This document shows positions 1-10,383 of a stretch of 64,000 nucleotides of DNA, piece by piece. How positions within the stretch are numbered: the first letter of the stretch is position 1; every line of letters starts with the position of its first letter. The stretch covers positions 4,480,001 to 4,544,000 of the forward strand of contig OZ242351.1 of assembly GCA_965208675.1 (NCBI GenBank). Reading direction: 5' to 3'. The notes below the pieces were generated by a model. That model did not search any database. It was not told where the DNA came from and saw only the letters and a list, made by a program, of their open reading frames with translations. The position numbers and the translations under genes were made by a program. This DNA is from Candidatus Poribacteria bacterium (GTDB lineage: Bacteria; Poribacteria; WGA-4E; PCPOR2b).

Positions 1-2
1 CC

Positions 3-491
3 CTCGAAGGGCTAGATGACCTTGCGGGGTTGTCCATTGAGGACTTGCTTCGCAATATCGACAGCGTACCGGAGTCAAAACGGCAGGCCGTCATTAACAA
101 TGGCGGCGGGCATGCTAACCACTCACTCTTCTGGACGATAATGGGCCCCAACGGCGGGGGCAATCCGAGCGGCGACCTTGCTGCCGCCATTGAATCCGCA
201 TTTGGATCGAGCAGTGAGGCGTACGGCGCATTTGCAAAGGCAGCAGCTACCCGTTTCGGATCCGGGTGGGCTTGGTTCGTCGTTGATGAGACTGGAGGAC
301 TGCAAATTTACTCAACCGCCAATCAAGATAGTCCGCTCATGCAAGGCCATACTCCGATACTTGGCGTCGATGTTTGGGAACATGCTTACTATCTTAATTA
401 TCAGAATAGACGGCCGGACTATGTGGCAGCCTTTGCTAACGTTATCAACTGGGATGAGGTTGCAAGGCGATATGCGGCTGCGAAAGGCTAG
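3..491 (+). CDS. sodA: Mn/Fe superoxide dismutase, 5'-truncated by window edge
   Basis: [16 protein letters not shown] and DVWEHAYY motifs; GGGH signature suggests Mn type; frame open to the window start. Confidence 0.95.
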   Translation, partial: LEGLDDLAGLSIEDLLRNIDSVPESKRQAVINNGGGHANHSLFWTIMGPNGGGNPSGDLAAAIESAFGSSSEAYGAFAKAAATRFGSGWAWFVVDETGGLQIYSTANQDSPLMQGHTPILGVDVWEHAYYLNYQNRRPDYVAAFANVINWDEVARRYAAAKG

Positions 492-545
492 TCGATTCGT
501 CAATAGAGAGATGGATAGAACAATTCTTGATTGTTCGCAAATAAC

Positions 546-574
546 TTGACATCTCTCATCGCCTTATGTATACT
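546..574 (+). promoter_or_regulatory. sigma70 promoter of the ilv T-box leader
   Basis: TTGACA(546)-17 bp-TATACT(569). Confidence 0.8.
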
Positions 575-604
575 TAATACAAATACTTGAATTTCATTCG
601 GCAA

Positions 605-878
605 AAACAGTGAAGGGGAGGAGTAGGCCGCCAAGCCTTGACAGAGCGGGAAGTCCACCGGCTGAGAGATTTCCTCAAACGCTGCGGCTGAACGTCGCCC
701 TGGAGTTGCTAGCCTGAAAACACCAAGTAGGGTTAGACGGTTGATGCCCGTCACCGCATCCCAATGAGTGCCCTTTTTGATAGCTAAGCTTAACAGAGAG
801 GGAATTGGAGTGGTACCACGGTAAGATCTTCGAAAGAAGCCCTTTTCGTCTCCAAGTTGGAACGAGAAGGGCTTTTTT
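605..878 (+). ncRNA. T-box riboswitch (Val specifier) with intrinsic terminator
   Basis: AGTA/GAA loop-E, AGAG and GCTGAGA boxes in stem I; specifier GAAC-GTC-G (GTC at 694-696); T-box GGAG-TGGTACC-ACG (807-820) can pair with CGTCTCC; terminator AAGCCCTTTTCGT..ACGAGAAGGGC-T6 (837-878). Confidence 0.92.
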
Positions 879-1009
879 AATTCTGGTCACTCAATCGATA
901 TTTCTGGAACGATGGAGCATTTAGTTCCGATTCTGTTTTGAATGGCCTCGGGAAAGCCGTGTTGGGCGAACTCAATGAAATTTCAATTCTAGAAGAGGGC
1001 GAGGAAACG

Positions 1010-2689
1010 ATGGAACAGATGCGAGGTGCACAACTCCTTATCGAAAGTCTTAGGCGAGAAGGCGTCGAGTACATTTTTGGGCTTAACGGGGGCGCAGCGA
1101 TGCCGATTTTTGATGCGCTCTACGATGCGCAGGGTATCAAGCTCATCCCGATGCGGCACGAACAGGGCGCAGTGCACGCCGCTGACGGCTATGCGCGCGC
1201 AACGGGAATCGCGGGTGTTGTGCTTGCCACTTCGGGCCCCGGAGCGACAAACCTTGTCACTGGCATTGCTACGGCTTATATGGATTCTATTCCAATGGTG
1301 GCAATTACTGGTCAGGTATTTACCCACTTGATGGGCAATGACGCCTTCCAAGAATGTGATATCATTGGGGTAACACGTCCGGTTTGTAAGCACAGTTTCT
1401 TAATTAAATCAAGCGACGAAGTCGCAGAAATTGTTGCGGAAGCCTTCCACATTGCTAACACCGGGAGACCGGGGCCTGTTGTCGTTGATTTTGCAAAGGA
1501 TGCGCAAATCAGCGAGTCCATATTCCGCTATCCGGAGTCAGTCAATATTCGAGGCTACAAACCCAGCGTTGAAGGACATCCACGGCAGATTGCCAAAGCT
1601 GTTGACCTGATCCACTACGCGGAGCGACCCATAATCTACGCTGGAGGCGGCGTTGTTCTCTCCGAAGCTAGCGAAGAATTGCGCGAATTGGCAATCAAAA
1701 CCGGAATTCCAATCACGGTAACGCTCATGGGGCTAGGGGCATTTCCCGAAACTCACCCGCTAGCAATGGAAATGCCGGGTATGCACGGCTCTTGCTGTGC
1801 AAACTATGCGTTTACCGACGCCGACCTCCTCATCGCTGTGGGGGCGCGGTTTGACGATCGGGTCACTGGAGACTTGAACAAATTTGCTCAGAAGGCGAGG
1901 AAAATTCAAATTGACATCGATCCTTCTTGTATCGGCAAAAATGTCCCTATTGATGTTCCGATTGTGGGTGATGCCAAGCGCGTATTGGCGAAAATGAATC
2001 AGCTCGTGCATCACGTAGACATTGAGCCGTGGAGACGCCAAACTGATGAGTGGAAGGAAAAATACCCCTTCGAGTATCAACAAAGAGGGGATAAAATTAT
2101 GCCGCAGTTTGTGATTGAGCAAATCTATGATGTCTTTCCCGATGCGGTTGTCGTCGGGGATGTGGGACAACATCAGATGTGGGCGGCGCAATATTTCAAA
2201 TTTACCCAACCGCGGCAGTGGTTGAACTCGGGCGGTCTCGGAACTATGGGTTTCAGTTTGCCCGCCGCGATTGGTGCGCAACTCGGATGTCCGGACAAAA
2301 CGGTTGTAAACATTAATGGGGACGGTTCTTACATCATGACAATTCAGGAACTTGTTCCTGCTGTCACGTTGAAACTTCCGCTCAAGATTTTCATCATTAA
2401 CAATATGTATCTCGGTATGGTGCGGCAGTGGCAAGAACTCTTCCATCAAAAACGGTATGCGGCGGTCGATTACCACGATAATCCCGATTTTGCGCTGCTT
2501 GCTCAAGCGTTCGGTGCAACAGGCCTGCGTGTCGATCGGATTGAAGATGTTCGACCGGCGTTGGAAAAGTCAAAACACATTGATGAGGGGCCCGTTGTTA
2601 TTGACTTCATTGTTGATGAAGAAGAGAACGTGTTCCCAATGGTCCCGGCAGGTGCGGGACTCGGCGATGTCATACGAGGTTTAGCATAA
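1010..2689 (+). CDS. ilvB: acetolactate synthase large subunit
   Basis: RHEQGAVHAADGYARATG, TSGPGATN, SGGLGTMG and GDGS..NN TPP motifs; start moved to ATG 1010 after GAGGA RBS. Confidence 0.95.
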   Translation: MEQMRGAQLLIESLRREGVEYIFGLNGGAAMPIFDALYDAQGIKLIPMRHEQGAVHAADGYARATGIAGVVLATSGPGATNLVTGIATAYMDSIPMVAITGQVFTHLMGNDAFQECDIIGVTRPVCKHSFLIKSSDEVAEIVAEAFHIANTGRPGPVVVDFAKDAQISESIFRYPESVNIRGYKPSVEGHPRQIAKAVDLIHYAERPIIYAGGGVVLSEASEELRELAIKTGIPITVTLMGLGAFPETHPLAMEMPGMHGSCCANYAFTDADLLIAVGARFDDRVTGDLNKFAQKARKIQIDIDPSCIGKNVPIDVPIVGDAKRVLAKMNQLVHHVDIEPWRRQTDEWKEKYPFEYQQRGDKIMPQFVIEQIYDVFPDAVVVGDVGQHQMWAAQYFKFTQPRQWLNSGGLGTMGFSLPAAIGAQLGCPDKTVVNINGDGSYIMTIQELVPAVTLKLPLKIFIINNMYLGMVRQWQELFHQKRYAAVDYHDNPDFALLAQAFGATGLRVDRIEDVRPALEKSKHIDEGPVVIDFIVDEEENVFPMVPAGAGLGDVIRGLA

Positions 2690-3180
2690 TGGTTGAAGAG
2701 AGACACATCTTTTCTGTTCTCGTTGAAAATCGATTCGGTGTGCTCGCGCGGATTGCAGGGTTGTTTAGCGGTCGAGGCTACAACATCGATAGTCTAAATG
2801 TCGCCGAGACGGACGATCCAGGCGTTTCCCACATGACAATCGTAACGCATGGCGATACGCAAATTATCGAACAGATTTACAAACATTTGAATAAGCTGAT
2901 TGATGTGATAAAGGTGACGGATCTCACCACTGAAAACCACGTTGAGCGGGAGCTTGTATTGATTAAGATGAATGCACCACCCAATCGGCGCGGGGAGATT
3001 CTTCAAATCATGGAGATATTCCGCGCACGTGCGGTTGATGTTAGCCCTGCAACATTGACGATTGAGGTCACCGGTGACGAAGGTAAGCTAAAGGCTGTGA
3101 TTGACATGCTGCGCCCATATGGAATTCAAGAATTGGTCCGCACGGGTAAAATCGCAATCATGCGCGGCGCAGCGAAGTAA
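2689..3180 (+). CDS. ilvN: acetolactate synthase small regulatory subunit
   Basis: ACT domain SVLVENRFGVLARIAGLFSGRGYNI; TAATG overlap with ilvB. Confidence 0.95.
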   Translation: MVEERHIFSVLVENRFGVLARIAGLFSGRGYNIDSLNVAETDDPGVSHMTIVTHGDTQIIEQIYKHLNKLIDVIKVTDLTTENHVERELVLIKMNAPPNRRGEILQIMEIFRARAVDVSPATLTIEVTGDEGKLKAVIDMLRPYGIQELVRTGKIAIMRGAAK

Positions 3181-3237
3181 TTGCTGATAGGCCGTCGGCA
3201 TTGTCGATTTTCAATTGTCAGTTGAAAGGAGCGTATT

Positions 3238-4230
3238 ATGGCAACAATTTATTACGATACGGATGCGAATTTTGAACTACTCAAAGGGAAGACGATTGCC
3301 ATTATCGGCTATGGGGCTCAAGGACGGGCGCAAGCGTTGAACCTCAAAGATAGCGGTGCGGATGTCCACGTGGGGTTGCGCCCAACGAGCCGGTCGTGCG
3401 AACAGGCGGAAGCGGATGGGCTGACTGTCAGCAGCGTTGAAGAAGCTGCTAGTGCAGGTGAAATTGTCCAGATTCTCATACCGGATGAGTTGCACGCTAC
3501 GGTGTATAAAAAGGAAATCGAGCCGAACATGCAAACCGGGAATATGCTAATGGTTTCACACGGCTTCAGCATCCACTTTGGACAGATACTTCCGTTGGAA
3601 AATATTGACGTGACGATGATTGCGCCGAAAGCACCGGGCGACCTAGTAAGGGATGAATTTGTGGCTGGCGGCGGGACGCCATGTCTGATCGCCATCCATC
3701 AAGACATCACCGGCCATGCGAGAGATGTTGCGCTCGCCTATGCGAAAGGAATTGGCGGCACGCGGGCGGGTGTAATTGAAACAACTTTTCGTGAAGAAAC
3801 AGAAACCGATCTATTTGGTGAACAGGCGGTGCTTTGCGGCGGTACCTCGGCGCTCATTAAAGCCGCATTCGATACGCTGGTCGAAGCGGGATATCAACCG
3901 GAAATGGCGTACTTTGAATGCCTACACGAATTGAAGCTCATCGTTGATCTTATCTACACCGGAGGGCTAAACAAGATGCGCCGCGTTGTCAGCAATACAG
4001 CAGAGTTTGGCGACCTCACCCGCGGGCCGCGCGTTGTTGATGACAGCGTACGGGTGCGTATGCGGGAGCTTCTCAAAGAGGTACAGAGCGGGAAGTTCGC
4101 ACGGGAGTGGGTGCTGGAAAACCAAGCCAATCAGCCGGTACTGCAAGCCTTGCGCCGCACCGAATCAGAGTTACCGATTGAGAAGGTTGGTAAAGACTTG
4201 CGCAGTATGATGAGTTGGATTGAAGAGTAA
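3238..4230 (+). CDS. ilvC: ketol-acid reductoisomerase
   Basis: [45 protein letters not shown]. Confidence 0.97.
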   Translation: MATIYYDTDANFELLKGKTIAIIGYGAQGRAQALNLKDSGADVHVGLRPTSRSCEQAEADGLTVSSVEEAASAGEIVQILIPDELHATVYKKEIEPNMQTGNMLMVSHGFSIHFGQILPLENIDVTMIAPKAPGDLVRDEFVAGGGTPCLIAIHQDITGHARDVALAYAKGIGGTRAGVIETTFREETETDLFGEQAVLCGGTSALIKAAFDTLVEAGYQPEMAYFECLHELKLIVDLIYTGGLNKMRRVVSNTAEFGDLTRGPRVVDDSVRVRMRELLKEVQSGKFAREWVLENQANQPVLQALRRTESELPIEKVGKDLRSMMSWIEE

Positions 4231-4477
4231 AGTCCCGTTGGGCACGCGGCGAACGTGCGCCCGTCGCTGTATTAGAGCTAACTAGTCTGATTAGCGGCTT
4301 TTTACCGGAGCGCAGCACCTCAATCAGCTTGAGCTAAACTGGTTTTTTCTTGCCGCATCCTGCGTTTCCAAAACACTTGTATCATTCAAAGATTCGTTGT
4401 ATAATAAGCCTTGACGCCAGCGATTTGGTAGGGGAATTTCATCAATGCATGAATCCTTAAGCTAGACGTATGCCAGA

Positions 4478-5359
4478 TTGGTCAAAAAATGGTGTGGGGG
4501 AAATTTCATTCGAATCGAAAATGTGACCGATTTCAATCTGGCGCATACGCTTGAGTGTGGGCAATCGTTCCGATGGAAGCGAGTGGACGATTGGTATTAC
4601 GGTGTGGTTGATGGCAGGCTGCTCAGCATTTTCCAAGACGGGGAAGCGCTTGTTATCAGGAGTTCCGCCGAAGAAGACCACAATCAGCTTGAAAATTTTC
4701 TTAATTACTACCTCGATCTGAATCGTAATCTGCCGTTAGTTCTTCAGGCTGTGGACATTGATGCAACGATTCATAAAGCGATTGACACGTTTTGGGGGAT
4801 GCGAATTCTAAACCAAGACGTGTGGGAATGCATTGCCTCGTTCATCTTGTCCCAAAATAACAACGTACCTAGAACCAAGGGAATTATTAAAACGATTTCC
4901 GCACGATTCGGGGAGAAACTTACCCTTGCACATAGGGTTGACTATACCTTCCCGACCCCACACTCCCTCGCCCAAGCCGGGGTTGACGCCCTGTTTGATT
5001 GCCGTATGGGTTATCGCGCCCCTTACCTCTGGGAGGCTGCATCAGTAATCGCCGCAGGGAAATTCGGCCTCCAGGCGCTAAAGAACTTGCCATACGCTGA
5101 AGCGAAATCAGAATTGATGGAATTTAAAGGAATTGGCGAGAAGGTCGCCGATTGCGTGTGCGTGTTTTCGTTAGGGCATATAGAAGCAATCCCGATTGAT
5201 GTGTGGATGAAACGCATTATAGAGCATGTCTACTTGCGGCGCAGAGCCTCGATTCGGGAGATTCGCGAGTTCGCCCAAGACTATTTCGGTGAATTTCTCG
5301 GCTACGCACAGCAATACCTTTTTCACTACGGCCGGACGGTTGGATTTGATCAATCCTAA
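4478..5359 (+). CDS. 8-oxoguanine DNA glycosylase (OGG1-like, HhH-GPD); start uncertain
   Basis: N-terminal TLECGQSFRW, SFILSQNNNVPR, HhH GIGEKVADC, PIDVW and GYAQQYLF; upstream TTGTAT-17-TATAAT at 4377-4405. Confidence 0.88.
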   Translation: MVKKWCGGNFIRIENVTDFNLAHTLECGQSFRWKRVDDWYYGVVDGRLLSIFQDGEALVIRSSAEEDHNQLENFLNYYLDLNRNLPLVLQAVDIDATIHKAIDTFWGMRILNQDVWECIASFILSQNNNVPRTKGIIKTISARFGEKLTLAHRVDYTFPTPHSLAQAGVDALFDCRMGYRAPYLWEAASVIAAGKFGLQALKNLPYAEAKSELMEFKGIGEKVADCVCVFSLGHIEAIPIDVWMKRIIEHVYLRRRASIREIREFAQDYFGEFLGYAQQYLFHYGRTVGFDQS

Positions 5360-5580
5360 ACTGCGAACCCGGGTGGTGGATGATGCAATTACCGATTGTC
5401 CTTTAAACTATTCAATCTGAGGGCGGCGTTACAAATCATGCGGAGCGTTCAATCCGAAATTAGTTCCGCCGCATAATACGCTTAATATGAAGGCTAAACC
5501 GTATCATAGGAATGAATTACGGCAGCTGCAATCCTTAACAACTTTTCAACAGCATCGAAATCAATTAAGGAGAATCTTAC

Positions 5581-6495
5581 ATGCTCGAAGAATTACGCGA
5601 GACCGTACTCACCGATTTAGAACAGCGTGTTGAACGTGCGATTGACCTGATTGAGCAACTGAGGCAAGATAAGCGGACACTAGAGTCGCAGATTAGCGAA
5701 CTCCACGAGCAAATTCAGGCGAAAGATGAATATATCGAATCGCTTGAAAAACGGAATGCCGAACTACAATACGCTGAGTCGGAGTTAGGGACGCTCAGAG
5801 CCAAACATGAGCAAGAGCGCGAAGAAATTGATTTAGAAAAAGCTGAACTTCGCGATCGGATCGAAGGTGTCATGAATCTACTCAACGGGACTGACGACAG
5901 ACTAGATTCATCCTTGGAACAGCCGGCCGCCGCAGAAGACGAACCCGCAGCGGCACCAGAACCAACCGCAGGTGTGGAACTGACTGATAATGAAGTACCT
6001 GAATCGCCGCTAGATACCGACGCGGACACACTTGAAGAAGCAGAGTCCGCTGCTGGAGATGATGAACCAATAACCGAATCGTCTGAATCAGCCGAAGATG
6101 TGGAGGCATGTAAACCCACTGAATCTTCACTAGATTCTGACACCGCCGCAGCGGAAGAAGTAGAGGTTAGTGCCGGCGATGACCAAGGAATAGACGAATT
6201 GACAGAGATGACTGAATCAATCGCAGATGAGGAGACAGACGAAATACCTGAATTGCCGCTAGAATCTGACATACCCGCGGCGGAAGCACTGGAGGCGGCT
6301 GCCGGCGCTAACAATCCAAAAGCCGAGTCGCCTGAATTATCGTTCACCGAGGACGAAACCACTGAACCACCTGAATCGCCAATCGAGGAATCAATCGCTA
6401 CATCTGAATCAGCTCCGGATTCTGACGCGCCGGCGACGGAAGAGGACGTGCAAACTGAGACAAATCGTCATGTAATTCATCCGCCATGGGAATGA
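5581..6495 (+). CDS. ZapB-like coiled-coil protein with long acidic repeat tail
   Basis: N-terminal heptad pattern LEQRVERAIDLIEQLRQ..LRDRIEGVMNLL resembles ZapB; D/E/S/A/P-rich C-terminal ~200 aa; AAGGAG RBS. Confidence 0.55.
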   Translation: MLEELRETVLTDLEQRVERAIDLIEQLRQDKRTLESQISELHEQIQAKDEYIESLEKRNAELQYAESELGTLRAKHEQEREEIDLEKAELRDRIEGVMNLLNGTDDRLDSSLEQPAAAEDEPAAAPEPTAGVELTDNEVPESPLDTDADTLEEAESAAGDDEPITESSESAEDVEACKPTESSLDSDTAAAEEVEVSAGDDQGIDELTEMTESIADEETDEIPELPLESDIPAAEALEAAAGANNPKAESPELSFTEDETTEPPESPIEESIATSESAPDSDAPATEEDVQTETNRHVIHPPWE

Positions 6496-7631
6496 GTCCG
6501 CTGCGGATTTTAGTCCTATCCCATTCTTATATCATGAAGCCGTATCGCCGGAAATTCGCTTTAATTGGCGAGAACCCGGACGTTGAAATACGCGTGGTCA
6601 CGCCTAGCCGCTGGTACGAAAGTTTCCAAGAAATTGTATTCCAACCCGATTCAAAAACGTGTTGCGGCGAATTTTCGCACCCCGTCCGGTTTTCAGGTTA
6701 CAGCAGTCGTTTTTTCTATCGCCACGGCTTAAAAAGACATTTCCAAGAGTTTCAACCCCACATTATTCACCTTGAAGAAGAAGCTTGGAGCCTGAACGCA
6801 CTCCAAACCTTACATCTCAGACAGAAATATTGCCCGCAGAGCCGCTTCATTTTTCGGTCTTCATTAAGTATTCCGACCAAACAGCGGTTTGGATTCCTAC
6901 CAATCTGGATTGAACGGCGCAGTTTTCGGGAGGCTGTCGCCGCATTGCCATTAAGCCAAAATGCTGCACAAATCTTGAGGCAACGCGGTTACGGTGGAAA
7001 ATTAATTCCTATATCAAACGGTGTAGACCTTCGCCTTTTTCGCAAAATGGAGATGAGTCATCTCCAAGCGCAGCTCGAACTAAAAAGTGGTTTGGTAATC
7101 GGCTACATTGGCCGTCTATTGTATATGAAGGGTCTTGATACACTTCTTCAGGCGGCCGCGGCTCTTGAGACGGATTACCAACTATTGATTGTCGGGCAAG
7201 GTGAATACAAGCCGGATTTAGTTTCGTTAGCCGATTCACTCGGCATAGCGGATCGGGTGGTTTGGGTAGACGGCGTGCCGCCTGAAAATGTCCCGGAATA
7301 TATTAACTGTATGGATGCACTTGTTTTACCTTCACGAACGACGCCGGGCTGGGTTGAGTTTTTCGGCCGGGTGCTCATTGAGGGGATGGCGTGTGAAGTA
7401 CCGGTGATTGGGTCCGATTCCGGCGAAATCCCCAACGTCATCGGTGATGCCGGTCTAATCTTCCAAGAGGGAGATGCACAGGCATTGGCGAATCAAATCA
7501 CCGTGATTGCATCGGACGAGTCGATTCGTGCGCAGTGTGTCCAGCGCGGATTAGAGCGTGTTAAGAGATTCATGTGGGAAACCGTTGCTCAGGAGACTTA
7601 TGGGGTTTACCGTGACCTTGAGCCGGCGTAG
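6492..7631 (+). CDS. glycosyltransferase family 4 (GT-B)
   Basis: IGYIGRL..KG, EFFGRVLIEGMACEVPVIGSDSGEIP; ATGA overlap with the upstream gene. Confidence 0.9.
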   Translation: MSPLRILVLSHSYIMKPYRRKFALIGENPDVEIRVVTPSRWYESFQEIVFQPDSKTCCGEFSHPVRFSGYSSRFFYRHGLKRHFQEFQPHIIHLEEEAWSLNALQTLHLRQKYCPQSRFIFRSSLSIPTKQRFGFLPIWIERRSFREAVAALPLSQNAAQILRQRGYGGKLIPISNGVDLRLFRKMEMSHLQAQLELKSGLVIGYIGRLLYMKGLDTLLQAAAALETDYQLLIVGQGEYKPDLVSLADSLGIADRVVWVDGVPPENVPEYINCMDALVLPSRTTPGWVEFFGRVLIEGMACEVPVIGSDSGEIPNVIGDAGLIFQEGDAQALANQITVIASDESIRAQCVQRGLERVKRFMWETVAQETYGVYRDLEPA

Positions 7632-7698
7632 CGAATTTCAGTCAAAATCCCCGCCCTAACGCATTGAACGTTGATGGAACGGCCGAGGTTGCTAATGC

Positions 7699-8862
7699 AT
7701 GGCAAATGCCGCGCCTTCCTTTATCTTTCGAAAAACCGATAAGCCGTTGAAGGATTACGACATGGGAGATGCGTACTTTGGCGAAAAACGCCCGTTCCAA
7801 TACCTCACTTTCTACGTTAGGTTAATCCCTCCAAGGGGCGCCCACGTGACGCGCCATGCGTGTTACGCGTCGCGTTTCATGTTTTACGCGCTTGCCAGTT
7901 TATTCCTCGCCGTTAGTCTCGATTCTGTGGCACGCAGTTCCGCAGATACCAGATCTCCACAAAGCCAAAAACCAATTGATTATGTTGTTGCCGTGGTAAA
8001 TGATTGGGCAATCACGTTGAGTGCACTGGAAAATGAACTGATCATTAGACAGATTCGAGAGTCATCGGACAAGGTGAATCGAGCGCGGTTATTGAAAAAT
8101 CTCATCGAACAAAATCTGTTGTTGCAGGAGGCGGAACGATGGGGAATTCCACTAGCACGTTGGAAAGATAAGGTCAATGCAGAGGTCGAGGATATCAAAT
8201 CCAAATACGACTCGGAATCACTGTTCTTTCACGAACTTGACGAAAGCGGGCTGGAGTACAAAGATTTGGAGGAGTGGATTAAATCGCGGTTAATCTTGAA
8301 TGAGCTGATAGTCCGCCGATTCCATAGCAAGATTGATAAGGAGGCTATTGAACAAGGTGCGATTCAAAATTTCAAGCAAAACCAGTTCTTTCAATTCCAA
8401 TATATCATAGTATTCTCAAGTCCTGAAGATTCGCTTGACCGGCAAGCCCAAACGAAGCAAATCGCGGAGAAAATTTACGCGCGGTTGCAAGCGGGCGCGG
8501 CGTTTGACGACATTCAGCAATCCTACGAATCTGCGCCCAATGTTAAGGTGGAATACGAACCCCAAATCATTGCCGCTGACACGAAGTTGGGGCGAACCAT
8601 TGCAAAACTAGGGAACAATGAACTGAGCCACCCCATTTTAACCCCGGAAGGCTACTTAATCTGCAAATTGATGGACGAAACGTCGCCATATTGGAAAACA
8701 GATGAAGCGGCTATTGAAGATATAAAAATTACGATGATTCAGAAGGAAGAGAGAACGCTAGTTGACGCGTGGTTAAAGCCGCAGTGGGAAACTGGGGATA
8801 TTCGTATCTTAGATCCCGAACTGGCACATATACACACAACCGAATACCAACCAGAGCCTTAA
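7699..8862 (+). CDS. SurA/PrsA-like periplasmic chaperone/parvulin; true start probably near 7879
   Basis: IDYVVAVVND..ITLS, LIEQNLLLQEAE, SHPILTPEGY; signal-like segment MFYALASLFLAV. Confidence 0.65.
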   Translation: MANAAPSFIFRKTDKPLKDYDMGDAYFGEKRPFQYLTFYVRLIPPRGAHVTRHACYASRFMFYALASLFLAVSLDSVARSSADTRSPQSQKPIDYVVAVVNDWAITLSALENELIIRQIRESSDKVNRARLLKNLIEQNLLLQEAERWGIPLARWKDKVNAEVEDIKSKYDSESLFFHELDESGLEYKDLEEWIKSRLILNELIVRRFHSKIDKEAIEQGAIQNFKQNQFFQFQYIIVFSSPEDSLDRQAQTKQIAEKIYARLQAGAAFDDIQQSYESAPNVKVEYEPQIIAADTKLGRTIAKLGNNELSHPILTPEGYLICKLMDETSPYWKTDEAAIEDIKITMIQKEERTLVDAWLKPQWETGDIRILDPELAHIHTTEYQPEP

Positions 8863-9033
8863 TCTGAGGCGTGTGAACTCAACTCAAATCCTTCGTTCCA
8901 GCATGTTGGTTTGGCTAGTAAATGACGGATTCATTCCTAAATTTGTAAACTTAGGTTTTCGAAGCTTGTAGATTTATGTTGTGCTTCGCTGTAAACGTCT
9001 ATTAACCCATAACGTGAAAGGAAAATCAATACC

Positions 9034-9465
9034 ATGATTTTGACGTTTTTGAATAAACATAGACACATTGGGCTTCTAATTCTACGTATCGGACTTGGGT
9101 GCATGTTCCTCATTCACGGCGGTCCCAAACTGTTTGGCGGACCTGAGAAATGGGAAAAAATCGGTATGGCAATGAATTACCTTGGCATTGGGTTCATACC
9201 GGTGTTTTGGGGGTTCATGGCTGCGATTTCAGAGTTCGTTGGGGGCGCCTGTCTAATCCTCGGTTTATTTTTCAGGCCGGCGTGTATCCTTTTGACGATT
9301 ACCATGTTGGTCGCTGTCATCTTTCATCTAGGCCGAGGCGATGGTTTTTCGGGAGCCGCCCACCCCATTGAAGTTGGCATCGTTTTTCTGAGTTTAATCC
9401 TGATTGGGGCAGGAAAATATAGCCTTGACGAAAGACTCAACCCGCACCAAAGCGAGGATAGCTAG
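9034..9465 (+). CDS. DoxX family membrane protein
   Basis: GLLILRIGLG..HGGPKL, EFVGG, GAGKYSLD; four hydrophobic segments. Confidence 0.9.
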   Translation: MILTFLNKHRHIGLLILRIGLGCMFLIHGGPKLFGGPEKWEKIGMAMNYLGIGFIPVFWGFMAAISEFVGGACLILGLFFRPACILLTITMLVAVIFHLGRGDGFSGAAHPIEVGIVFLSLILIGAGKYSLDERLNPHQSEDS

Positions 9466-9470
9466 TTTTT

Positions 9471-9719
9471 GTAGGTTGGGTAGAGCGACCAACTGAGCTA
9501 ATAGCGAAGGCGATAGTCTTCAGTTTATTGGGCCGTGTGGAATAAAACAAGGCGTTGTATGGAATTCATGAGTATTTAAAGACCGAAGACTCTCGCCTTC
9601 GCTATTAGCTCAGTTGATTGTTGAGTTTCGCTGCGTCCATCGTATTTTGCGGGCAGTTTGCCTAGCAAAACGGTTTGATATAATGAACAATTTCCAATGT
9701 ACGCGCTCTACCCAACCTA
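9471..9719. mobile_element. GTAG-REP-bounded composite element with a nested 127-bp inverted-repeat insert
   Basis: Outer IR TAGGTTGGGTAGAGCG / CGCTCTACCCAACCTA; inner 32-bp IR 9490-9521 / 9585-9616 with 1 mismatch; 9620-9719 closely matches 13041-13140. Confidence 0.75.
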
Positions 9720-9771
9720 AAAAGCTGAAAACTACCCCCTTCGCTATATGCTCAATTGGTCGTATTGAAAC

Positions 9772-10383
9772 ATGGATTCGCAAGTAAGCCTCAACCCACA
9801 GGAAGTTCATGGAAATTGGCGGGCAGGATACGCCTTGGATTATCACACGGTATCAAGTCGTTTCTTGTCCGATGGGACATATGACACAGAATGCACTGAA
9901 ATTGGTGAATTGGTCTACCAAGTAAAATATTGTGCTGATCGGAGCAAGATTCAACCTATTGCAGAAATTGCCGCTAAATTTGTCAAAGAAGAATTTGCTG
10001 TTAATGGCTACCCTATTCTCCCCTACCTCAATGCAGTCATTCCTACGCCACCTTCAGATACAACACGCAAATTTCAACCCGTAACTGAAATTGCGGCGGA
10101 AATAGGGCGAATTTTGGACATATCAGTGATCTCAGATTATTTAATCACGATAAAAGACATTATTCCTGTTAAGAATCTTGAAGAGGAAGAAAACAGGCAG
10201 GAACAACTCAAAGGTGCATATAAGGTTGGATTTACGTCATCGGAATATCGCTGTGTTCTGTTGTTTGACGATATCTATCGATCTGGGGTAACATTATCCG
10301 AAGCGACCCATACACTCCGTACGCAGGGCGGTATATCCCGCGTGCTTGTCCTAACGCTTACCAAAACACGGACCAAAAAATGA
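9772..10383 (+). CDS. ComF-like phosphoribosyltransferase
   Basis: PRPP-binding loop VLLFDDIYRSGVTL, IPTPPS, C-terminal VLVLTLTKT. Confidence 0.85.
   Translation: MDSQVSLNPQEVHGNWRAGYALDYHTVSSRFLSDGTYDTECTEIGELVYQVKYCADRSKIQPIAEIAAKFVKEEFAVNGYPILPYLNAVIPTPPSDTTRKFQPVTEIAAEIGRILDISVISDYLITIKDIIPVKNLEEEENRQEQLKGAYKVGFTSSEYRCVLLFDDIYRSGVTLSEATHTLRTQGGISRVLVLTLTKTRTKK

Noticed and set aside
5400-5580. 6S RNA, often found near zapA/zapB
   Set aside because: No long imperfect hairpin with a central bubble was seen.
5715-6362. 215-aa Ser-rich minus-strand ORF
   Set aside because: Antisense shadow of the acidic low-complexity tail.
9610-9846. 78-aa minus ORF, and the 60-aa ORF at 13118-13300
   Set aside because: Both read through REP elements.
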